Program-made: the position numbers and the translations under genes | The notes under the pieces: model-generated | Seen by the model: only the letters and a program-made list of their open reading frames with translations | Told to the model about the DNA's origin: nothing | Database searches by the model: none | NCBI GenBank assembly: GCA_963693055.1 | Contig: OY843751.1 | Location: 5,632,001-5,696,000, forward strand | Direction of reading: 5' to 3' | Source: a bacterium | GTDB lineage: Bacteria > Zhuqueibacterota > Zhuqueibacteria > Residuimicrobiales > Krinioviventaceae | Length of the DNA: 64,000 nt | Part shown: piece by piece, positions 18,718 through 28,100 of the stretch | Numbering within the stretch: the first letter of the stretch is position 1 | Layout: every line of letters starts with the position of its first letter

Positions 18718-20007
18718 TTAATCACTTACCCGTTCTATGTTGGCGCCAAGTTTTCTCAACTTTCCTTCCAGATCTTCATATCCCCTGTCGATCTGTTTGA
18801 TATTATAAATCTCGCTTTTTCCTTTTGCACAAAGGGCGGCAATAATCAATGACATTCCCGCACGTATATCAGGACTTGTCAACTGGGTACCATAAAGCCT
18901 GGCAGGGCCCACAATCACCGCGCGATGCGGATCACAAAGCACAATCTTTGCGCCCATAGATATCAGATAATCCACAAAAAACATACGGCCATCATACATT
19001 TTTTCAAAAACCAGAACCGTGCCTTTTGCCTGTGTAGCTGCAACAATCACAATACTCATCAAATCTGAAGGAAACGCGGGCCAGGTTCCATCAGCAATCT
19101 TGGGTATATCTCCTGCAAAGTCTTCAGTAATTTCCAAATTTTGTTCACCTGGCACATGCAGCTTATCGCCATCAATTGTATAACAAATACCCAATTTGCA
19201 AAACGTAGAATGGATGACCATTAAGTCTTCAGGATTTATCGGCTCAATGGTGATATCGGAATGCGTTATAGCAGCAAGTACAATATATCCGCCAATTTCC
19301 AAATAATCAGGACCAATCTCATGCTCACATCCATGCAAAGAATCCACACCATCAATGGTAAGGATGTTAGTGCCAATTCCGGATATCTGAGCACCCATTT
19401 TGTTCAGCATTTTGGCCAGACCGGAAACATGCGGTTCGCAAGCAGCATTACGGATTATGGTCTGTCCCTTTGCCAGTACAGCAGCCATTATCGCGTTTTC
19501 CGTAGCGGTTACAGATTGCTCATCCAAAAAGATATCTGCACCTTCAAGTCCCTTTTGTTCAAATACATACTTTTTATCAACCACATCTACCTTTGAACCC
19601 AGGCTCTTTAACGCTAGAAAATGTGTATCCAACCTGCGTCTTCCAATAACATCACCACCGGGTGGCGGCAATACAACGCGATCAAACCGGGTAACCAGAG
19701 GTCCGGCAAGCAAGATAGCCGCGCGCAAAGTTGAACATCTTTGGGGGTCCAGTTCAGCGTGTTCTATCTTTTCACACCGAATCTGTATTGTGTTTTTCTC
19801 CAGTTCTATAATTTCAGCACCCTGACTGCGTAAAATATCTAGCATACTTTCAACATCCCCAATACGAGGCACATTTTTCAACACAATTGGCTCGGAGGTG
19901 AGTAAACAGGCAGCCAAAACGGGTAAAGCTTCGTTCTTATTTCCAGAGACTCTAACGGTTCCACTTAATTTTTGGTCTTTGACACCATGAATAACAAATT
20001 TTTCCAT
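18718..20007 (-). CDS. murA: UDP-N-acetylglucosamine 1-carboxyvinyltransferase (Asp at the Cys115 position)
   Basis: SGNKN, PGGDVIGRR, SVTATEN, NAACEPHV, DIRAG, IDRGY. Confidence 0.97.
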   Translation of the reverse strand: MEKFVIHGVKDQKLSGTVRVSGNKNEALPVLAACLLTSEPIVLKNVPRIGDVESMLDILRSQGAEIIELEKNTIQIRCEKIEHAELDPQRCSTLRAAILLAGPLVTRFDRVVLPPPGGDVIGRRRLDTHFLALKSLGSKVDVVDKKYVFEQKGLEGADIFLDEQSVTATENAIMAAVLAKGQTIIRNAACEPHVSGLAKMLNKMGAQISGIGTNILTIDGVDSLHGCEHEIGPDYLEIGGYIVLAAITHSDITIEPINPEDLMVIHSTFCKLGICYTIDGDKLHVPGEQNLEITEDFAGDIPKIADGTWPAFPSDLMSIVIVAATQAKGTVLVFEKMYDGRMFFVDYLISMGAKIVLCDPHRAVIVGPARLYGTQLTSPDIRAGMSLIIAALCAKGKSEIYNIKQIDRGYEDLEGKLRKLGANIERVSD

Positions 20008-21197
20008 TATTTAATCTCTTTATTATCAATGATAAAATACTGGTGCACACGTGCACACAATTCTTCACTATCTGTATTGTTTAGCAGTGCTCGCAAATAA
20101 AGTTCGCCACCTGATACAATTCCCATTTGGATATGGTCTTTTAACATTGCGGTAAATTTCTCAGCAGAATCAGTTCCTAATCCTACATTGGTACCAATGA
20201 TAGACAGCAGTGCCATATCCGGAAAAACATTAACAGTTTGCGCTGTTGTTTCGAGTAACCGCATTGCGGATGTCAAATCTCCCTGAGAAACGGCCAACAC
20301 ACCTAATCCCTGTACACACTGCCAAACCTTGAGTTGGATCCGTTCTTTGGAAAACAAATGCGGTAATGTACGGGCAGCATCCTCTGTAATAGAAAAACGT
20401 ATGACAGTAACATCACGATCCAGCACAACCCCGTTCACAGTGCCTTTACTCAAGCCTTCATTCGTTACAATAGTGCCAATATTTCCATTAGCTGAAGAGC
20501 CCAGAGACAACTCTACATTGTGCCGCTTGGCAAACTCGATGGAGGTTTTATGCAGCATCTTTGCACCGGCTGCTGCCATTTCAAGCGCCTGGTCATAATC
20601 TATTCTATCAATCCGTTTTGCAAGCGGAATTTTATTGGGGTCAGCACTATAAATACCATCAACATCAGACATGATCTCACAGGCATCTGCGTCAATTGCA
20701 GCAGCAACAGCAACAGCGGTAGTATCTGAACCACCTCGCCCCAATGTTGTGATCTCTTTATTTATGGATACTCCCTGAAATCCGGCAATAACAACAATCT
20801 TGTCTTCAGCAAGAGCTTCACGTAGACGATGCCCCTTAACTTCCAACACCCGTGCATTGGTATGGTTGTTATCCGTTATCAATCCAATCTGACTGCCAGT
20901 ATAACTGACAGCTTTATATTTTCCCAAGGCATTAATGGCAAGTGCCAGTACCGATATGGAAATGCGCTCACCAACAGATAACAACATATCCATCTCACGT
21001 TTATCCGGATTCGGATTAACCTGGTGCGCCAGTTTTACAAACTGGTCTGTTGTTTTTCCCATTGCTGATACGACAACAATCAAGTCTACGCCTTGAGATT
21101 TTCGTTCTACAATATTTTTAGCAACATGCAGTATATGCTCAGGGCTTGCCAGTGAACTGCCGCCATATTTCTGAACAATTACAGGTTTGGTTGTCAT
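20007..21197 (-). CDS. lysC: Aspartate kinase with divergent ACT region
   Basis: VQKYGGSS, VVSAMGKTTD, AGFQG, TTLGRGGSDTTA, DVDGIYSADP. Confidence 0.92.
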   Translation of the reverse strand: MTTKPVIVQKYGGSSLASPEHILHVAKNIVERKSQGVDLIVVVSAMGKTTDQFVKLAHQVNPNPDKREMDMLLSVGERISISVLALAINALGKYKAVSYTGSQIGLITDNNHTNARVLEVKGHRLREALAEDKIVVIAGFQGVSINKEITTLGRGGSDTTAVAVAAAIDADACEIMSDVDGIYSADPNKIPLAKRIDRIDYDQALEMAAAGAKMLHKTSIEFAKRHNVELSLGSSANGNIGTIVTNEGLSKGTVNGVVLDRDVTVIRFSITEDAARTLPHLFSKERIQLKVWQCVQGLGVLAVSQGDLTSAMRLLETTAQTVNVFPDMALLSIIGTNVGLGTDSAEKFTAMLKDHIQMGIVSGGELYLRALLNNTDSEELCARVHQYFIIDNKEIK

Positions 21198-21257
21198 TTT
21201 TTCCTCAGATATTCCATTTCAACCTTGTACACAAATTTACAAAAATTTTTCTCAAAT

Positions 21258-22724
21258 TCAAATATTCTCATTATTAAATGTTGCCACACAATCTCGATCA
21301 TCAAAGGGTACAATCTCTCCCCCAATATCTTGTCTGGTTTCATGTCCTTTACCCGCTATCAAAACAATATTCGAATCATTGGCAATTGACAGCGCGTAAT
21401 GTATTGCTTTACGCCTGTCAGGGATGATATGTTTCAGGCTGCTTTTGGGCATGCCTGATTCGATTTCATTTATAATCTTTATGGGGTCTTCATTCCTCGG
21501 ATTATCGGACGTTAATACAACCTGATCTGACATTTCAGATGCTATTCTCCCCATTACCGGACGTTTTTCCCTGTCACGGTCCCCTCCACAGCCAAATACA
21601 GTTATTATCTTTTTACCAAATATTAATCTTGCGGTATTTAATGTTTTTTGCAATGCATCCGGCGTATGTGCAAAATCAACAATCACCGGAAACGGCATAT
21701 CACTTTGTACATGCTCAAATCGCCCTGAAACTGACTTTAAATTATAGATCCCGTTTGCGATGTTGTCAACTTGCATATCATGCACAATACCAAAGGCAAC
21801 GGCAGCCAGTATATTTTCTGCATTGTGTTTTCCATACAATGCAGATTCAATTTCCAAGTGTCCCTTGGGTGAATTAATTTTAATGCGTAAACCCTTGCTG
21901 TCAACTTTGAGCTGCTCAGCAAAAATGTCAGCTTTGTAATCTTTTAACGAACAGGTTAAGATCTGACGCGTCAACGCTTCTTTCATTATAACACGGGAAA
22001 ACGGATCATCCCAATTAAGTATCGCCCACGAGTTTTTCCCTAATCCCCTGAACAATGATAATTTTGAATCCGCATAGTCATTAAATGTAGGATGATAATC
22101 TAAATGATCATGAGAGAGGTTTGTAAAAACAGCCGTATCAAAATCAATTCCATATACACGCTCTTGTTTAAGAGCATGGCTCGAAACTTCCATCACACAA
22201 TGTTTAACATGATGATTCCTGAATGTTTTAAACAGATGATGGAGCTGCAAAGGCGCAGGAGTAGTAAGCCCCGCCCCTATGGATTGGTCCCCTGCCAAAT
22301 AGGCAATTGTTCCCAAAAGACCAGATTTGATATTGCATTGTTTCAATAAAGCGTGCAGCAGGTAACTGGTTGTTGTCTTACCATTGGTTCCGGTAATCGC
22401 GGTCAATTTCATGGATTGTGAAGGACTGTCATAATAGTTGGATGCGAGTAAAGCATTTGCTCTGCGGGTATTTTCAACCAGAATATAGGTTACATTGGGG
22501 ATGTGATGCGTAACAGGCTGTTGATGTAACACACATACAGCACCTTTACTTATTGCCAAATTTAAAAAATCATGCCCATCATACCTGCTGCCCGAAACAG
22601 CGACATACAAATCACCGGATTTGATGTTTTGCGCCTGTACATGTATTCCAACAATATCAATATCAATTGAGCCAATAGTATTCTGTAAATTAATTCCCTT
22701 CAGTAATGATCTTAATAGCGGCAT
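21258..22724 (-). CDS. murE: UDP-MurNAc-L-Ala-D-Glu:meso-DAP ligase
   Basis: TGTNGKTT, MEVSSH, DHLDYH, DFAHTPDA, FGCGGDRD, DNPR (DAP-specific), AGKGHE. Confidence 0.96.
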   Translation of the reverse strand: MPLLRSLLKGINLQNTIGSIDIDIVGIHVQAQNIKSGDLYVAVSGSRYDGHDFLNLAISKGAVCVLHQQPVTHHIPNVTYILVENTRRANALLASNYYDSPSQSMKLTAITGTNGKTTTSYLLHALLKQCNIKSGLLGTIAYLAGDQSIGAGLTTPAPLQLHHLFKTFRNHHVKHCVMEVSSHALKQERVYGIDFDTAVFTNLSHDHLDYHPTFNDYADSKLSLFRGLGKNSWAILNWDDPFSRVIMKEALTRQILTCSLKDYKADIFAEQLKVDSKGLRIKINSPKGHLEIESALYGKHNAENILAAVAFGIVHDMQVDNIANGIYNLKSVSGRFEHVQSDMPFPVIVDFAHTPDALQKTLNTARLIFGKKIITVFGCGGDRDREKRPVMGRIASEMSDQVVLTSDNPRNEDPIKIINEIESGMPKSSLKHIIPDRRKAIHYALSIANDSNIVLIAGKGHETRQDIGGEIVPFDDRDCVATFNNENI

Positions 22725-22732
22725 GGTATTCT

Positions 22733-22760
22733 AAAAAAAAGCGCCCCATATTAGGGCGCT
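22733..22760 (-). terminator. Rho-independent terminator-like hairpin immediately before murE
   Basis: Minus strand AGCGCCC-taatatg-GGGCGCT followed by a T tract. Confidence 0.75.
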
Positions 22761-22764
22761 AAAT

Positions 22765-23973
22765 TTATTCCTGAGTTGAATTGTTTTCCTGAGATTCCGG
22801 TTCTTCTTTTCCTTCAAGAATTCTTCGCAATCTCTCCAGTTCTTTTTCCGCTTTTTCCCGTTCCTGCTGAATTCTTATCAGTTCCTGTTCAGCAGTTTCT
22901 GTTTCTTTGCGTTCATTAATGATTTGTTCAAAAATTTCTCTACGTTGTTCAGCTTTTTGCATAAGAACATCACGCTCTTTGACTTTATAAATAGAGGTGG
23001 GCAATAGCGTAATTTTTGCTCCAATACTCATACGCCAGGAGCTGTAATTGGGTAAATCATGCTCCGATTTTCTTGGACCAATGGTTTCATCATTATCTGA
23101 TGACAGTGACAAATCACCGCTTACAATAAAATCGAACCATTTATAAGGTTTATAAGTAATGCTTGCATTCAAATAGGTATAGCTTTCACGACTGGCAGCA
23201 GCTTTGGGTGGAGCCTGTATCCAGCTGTTACCATAAATCTCCAGGCCATAATCAAATCCTTCTGTAGGGAATTGACAACCCAGAGAATATCTAAATTCCT
23301 GACTGGGATCAGCAACATTTACATAAGTATTGGTTTCATCTCCCCAATCAGGTCTTGTTTTCCAGCTATTCAACTCATTTTCTAATAGCAAAGTTTCGCC
23401 AACATCATTATGGTTCCAATAGCCCAAATTTAAATGCGCATTAAAACCTTCTTTTGGGAAAAGCACGTCAGTGGTATAGCTCACCAAACCATTAAAGCCC
23501 CACTCTACAGTACCCGCGGTATAATCTTCATAAATAGCGTTATGGCGTTCACCAATTGGCAAACGGGTTGCAAGCTCTACTCCAAATTTAAAAGGGCTGT
23601 CTTCTTTGCCATAACCTGCAATCTTTAAAGCCATAAACGCATCCCAGGGCATTTGATCATTGTCTTCTCCCTGGTTCATATCCTGATACATAATAGGTGT
23701 AATATTGAAACTAAAATGATCACTAATGCCATAATTTACACTCGCCAATCCCTGAATCACCCACAAGGTAAAAGCGTTGCTATCATCTGTTTCATTTTTA
23801 GATACTTTACCCCAAAACCGTGTTTGCGGTAAAACGGTCAAATATCCCTTTTCAGCTACCCAGGCAGCTCGAGTATGGGGTAATCCTACACCTCCATTCA
23901 CAACAACCGCACTGGCAATTTGCGCGCTGCTAAACCAAACCAGGCATACTACCAATATCTTTTTAAAATTCAT
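22765..23973 (-). CDS. Putative outer-membrane beta-barrel protein with C-terminal coiled coil
   Basis: Signal peptide, alternating amphipathic strands, E/R/Q-rich helical tail; GGAG SD before ATG 23973. Confidence 0.6.
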   Translation of the reverse strand: MNFKKILVVCLVWFSSAQIASAVVVNGGVGLPHTRAAWVAEKGYLTVLPQTRFWGKVSKNETDDSNAFTLWVIQGLASVNYGISDHFSFNITPIMYQDMNQGEDNDQMPWDAFMALKIAGYGKEDSPFKFGVELATRLPIGERHNAIYEDYTAGTVEWGFNGLVSYTTDVLFPKEGFNAHLNLGYWNHNDVGETLLLENELNSWKTRPDWGDETNTYVNVADPSQEFRYSLGCQFPTEGFDYGLEIYGNSWIQAPPKAAASRESYTYLNASITYKPYKWFDFIVSGDLSLSSDNDETIGPRKSEHDLPNYSSWRMSIGAKITLLPTSIYKVKERDVLMQKAEQRREIFEQIINERKETETAEQELIRIQQEREKAEKELERLRRILEGKEEPESQENNSTQE

Positions 23974-24089
23974 AAAGTTATCTCCACAATTCAAGTGTAT
24001 AAATCACAAGGTACAAAAAAAACAATAACAATCAAGTCAATTATCAACATAAAAATACAATACCGGAAAAGCTCTCTTTTGCGTAAAAT

Positions 24090-25160
24090 CTATCTACCTA
24101 ACAAAAATGCGCAACTGACACGATGTACATCATCAAGTTCATTCGAAACAAAAGCATAATCAACAATCAACTTCCAGAATTGTAAACCTGCTCCGGTTGT
24201 CATACCCACTTCATTTCGACCTAAACGTAATGCCAGCCCCTTAAACATAAATTCCATGCCATATAGTTCGTTCAATTCATATTTTTTTCTTCGTGTCCAA
24301 TATAAATTCACAACAGCATCCGAGAACCAAAGCTTTTGACCATAATACATTCCCAAACTATAGGTTCGTTTCACATGATCAGTTGTTTCATTCTCTGTAT
24401 CCCAGTTAATGGCCGTTTGTGAAACATCAAGTCCTGAAAGACCTATAGCAAAATCTCCCAGATATTTCTCATCAAATATTTTTGCCATATCGGCTTTGAT
24501 CATGGCGCCTATATCTATACCCAATCCTGCAGCACTGGCATCATACAACTTTTGTCGCAAAACTTTAAAATTCATACCAAAAGGAATTTCTATGGGTGCG
24601 TCTTCATACAACCATCCCAATGGCAAGTAGGCCTTTACATTCTTGGCAAATGACATATAAAACACATCTTCAACATCTTTGAAATAGCCAAGCGCTTCAC
24701 CTGTTGGCTGTAACGATTTATCGCTGTTACGGTCAGCATATGAACTACCTTTGGGACTAGGATAAATAGGGATTTCGTCAACAGCAAAACGGGTCCAGTT
24801 CAATGCCAGCGTTCCACCTCCAGGTAAGGGATACGCAAAGCCAGCATAGTGATAATTTGCCAGTGGTGATGAAAAGCTCTCAAAAGAAGGAGCATACATC
24901 AAGCTTATGGCAGCATTTTTTATTAATGCCAAAGAAGCCGGATTGTAATGAAACAAATCAGCAGATCCTGACATTGCGGTTGCTGCCCCGCCAATAGCAA
25001 GAGCTCTTGCACCTACGCCAAGCTCCATTGATGCACCGGCATATCGACCGCCCGAGCTATTATCTGTTTCATCCTGGGCATTCACATTCGCAAATACAAT
25101 CAGGACCAACAAACATAATAAATAACGAATTGATATTTTACAGATTTTTATCTTTTTCAT
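24090..25160 (-). CDS. PorV/PorQ-like T9SS outer-membrane protein
   Basis: Signal peptide, LGVGARALAIGGA, YNPASLA, C-terminal VDYAF...HRVS; directly downstream of the C25 gene. Confidence 0.8.
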   Translation of the reverse strand: MKKIKICKISIRYLLCLLVLIVFANVNAQDETDNSSGGRYAGASMELGVGARALAIGGAATAMSGSADLFHYNPASLALIKNAAISLMYAPSFESFSSPLANYHYAGFAYPLPGGGTLALNWTRFAVDEIPIYPSPKGSSYADRNSDKSLQPTGEALGYFKDVEDVFYMSFAKNVKAYLPLGWLYEDAPIEIPFGMNFKVLRQKLYDASAAGLGIDIGAMIKADMAKIFDEKYLGDFAIGLSGLDVSQTAINWDTENETTDHVKRTYSLGMYYGQKLWFSDAVVNLYWTRRKKYELNELYGMEFMFKGLALRLGRNEVGMTTGAGLQFWKLIVDYAFVSNELDDVHRVSCAFLLGR

Positions 25161-25164
25161 AGAT

Positions 25165-28100
25165 TTATTTCAATTTTGCAATTTTGCCCATTATTTTCTT
25201 GGTCTCGCCATTGGCTGTTACCGTTAATTTATAAAAATAAACACCATTTGCCAGTTGATTTCCGTTCATGTCCAACGCATCCCATTGAACCTCATGATAA
25301 TCCGCACTTAGCGGATTAGGATCACTGCTAATCAGCAACGGATTCAAATCTCTGATCAACCTGCCGGATGCAGTATAAATCTTTAACTCAACCTTGTCAA
25401 CCGGGATGGTGAAAAAATATGCAAACAGCGTTTCATCCTGAAATGGATTGGGATAGTTACCCAGCATTTGCACATCAAATTTTTCTGCAGTTTTAAAGCT
25501 GTATTCTTTAGAAATTAATAAATTCCCGTTACAATCCATACACCGTACATTCATGGTGTGGCTGCCGGTAGTCAAATCTGGTGTCAGTTTTGCTGTTATC
25601 TGGTTTGCATTTAAAACCGTGTCAGGAATGCCCAGATTCTGCATGCTTTGCTCTGCACCATTTAAAATGACCTTGATCGATTCAACCAGAATACCATTAT
25701 CATCCTGAAAAACAAGTGTGAACTTGGGGTCAGGACTTATATATTTATCTTTGGAATAAGGTTGACCATCAATAGAAACCTCAACATCCGGTAACTGTGT
25801 ATCTTGACTGGTAAGAACAGTAACCAGCCCCGGTGAATAAAGAGAGGCAGTCAACAAACTGTCTTCTTTTTCGGTTTCAAGCCTGCTCCATTTTTTTGAA
25901 ACATCGGAATATGTAAAAATTGAATAATCTACTGCCGTAGAGTCTAAAATATATTGAACCGTATCTGATAATATAAATCGAACCTGTACAGGACTAACAA
26001 ACTCGCCTGCCATTCCAGGCACGTTAATATCATAAACCGCAACATCATAAAGCGACTGAAAATCCGGTTGTTCAAAAATAGTAACCGAATCCTGCTTTTC
26101 AAAACCAAACACACCATTCTCTGCCATAACAGATTTTGGCACATATAACGTCAAAGTTGAATCTAATGCAAGTGTATCCAAATAGCTTGTACCGTATTGA
26201 ATACCCGTTCCCGGCACAAAATTGAACAGATCCACCTGCTGATAAAAATTATAAAAATTATTATAAAAATTGGTATCCCTGTATAAGCTATCCGGATCAA
26301 TTTCCAGTCTACATAAATGCCTGCCAGCGGGTAATGAAACCGGCAAAGAGATATCTGCAAATGAATACGCGCTTACCTGGACAGTTTTACTACTCAATGG
26401 CTGCCACAAACTGTCATCTTTGCTGATATAGAATTGAACAGGTATATCAAATGCATCTGTATCACCATAATTTAAAATTCTGGCTGTAAGTTCTACCTGT
26501 GTTTCTCCTTCAAGCTTTATTGATTGATGATCAAAAGTAAGGTCTGCACCTTTTTTCTTTTCATCAACATAGTAGATACTTTTGTATACTCGGCCACTGC
26601 TTGCTTTAACGATAAACTGGTAACTGATCTCCATAGAATTCGTATTCCTGATACCCTGATCACTTTTATACCAATTGTTACCAATGGCAGACATTGTCAA
26701 CGTATCGCCCAGTGTGACACAAAAAATACTATCTAGTTCTAAAGAAGAAAGAATCTTGGCAAAATAACGGATACTGTCTGAGGTAGAGATGGCTATTCGA
26801 GAAGAATCAAATAGTACCTGACTTAATGAAAACAGTGCGGAACCATTGGCCTGTTCTGTGCCCAGATCATTTTCAGCAAACACACGTACAGCCCCGGTTA
26901 ATGACTCAAAACCAGGATCAACAACCAACTGCGAGGAGGTTTTACCGTTAACAATAAAAAAGTCTCGAGTCATAACATCATTCTTTGCACTGTCAATCAC
27001 TGCAATTGTACCGCTTCCATCTGAAAAGGGGAATTCCGCGTTAACCGTAAAGGTTTCACCCTTTTGCAGGATTTGTAAATCAAGGCTCACCGCTGCTTTT
27101 TGCGTTGGCAAAACAAGCCGTGTCGCAGGATCACCAAAGATATGATATTGATTGACTTCGGTTTTTGATTGTACCTGGTTATATTTTGAATAATACAATA
27201 CTTTGCCGGCATTTACAATTTCACCAATGGTCTGATGAGGATGCTTGTACATATAATTTAAAATTTCCCGTTCAAGCAAATAATCGTTCAATTCCCATCC
27301 ATAACCACTTGCACCCAGCATTGCTACAATACCTTCGTTCTCTGCAAATAATAAAGCGTCAGCCAAAGATTCTCGTGAAGGAGATTCAAAAGATCCTGTA
27401 AAACAGGTCATACTGAGGATAAATGCAAGTTTACTGTCGCAGTTTATCTGTTCAGCATCTTCAATACGTAATAATCCATTATCAGCCCAAATAGCACCAC
27501 CGCCATGGCCGTGAAAAGTCATAACCGTACAACCATTATTAAAATAATCTAACAGATCCAAAGTACCACCAAAATAAGGATCGTTTGCCAATGTTTGATC
27601 GCGGTAGGTAAACAACATTTCCGTATTTAAATCTTTAGGTGCTGTTTGCGACAAGGTAAGACCTTGCTGACGGAATAAGATATCATTTCCGCCAATATAG
27701 AGTATACGATTTCGCCAATCTCCTGATGGTGCAGATGTCTCATATGCAATAATTTTGTTAATAATTTTCTCGACTTCTTCGGTCTCTCTTGCCGGAATTC
27801 GACCAATATTCAAATCCGGTATTTCATCATCTCCATCAACCAGGGTATACCAGTAATCACTGGCAGCCGCACCAAATTTAAAAGTCTGACGCATATATGC
27901 AGGAACAAGATCAAGCGTATCATCTTCAGTATAACGCAGGTAGCAACCATCACCCAAAAGTAAAACATATTTCAACTGCGGTTCAGACCAGTTATGATAC
28001 GCGTAAGAGATAAAATCTTTAATAGCATACGCACTGACTTTGCCATGATTAAACTCGTCATAAATATCATTAATATCTATCTTTAAGGTTTGTAAACCCT

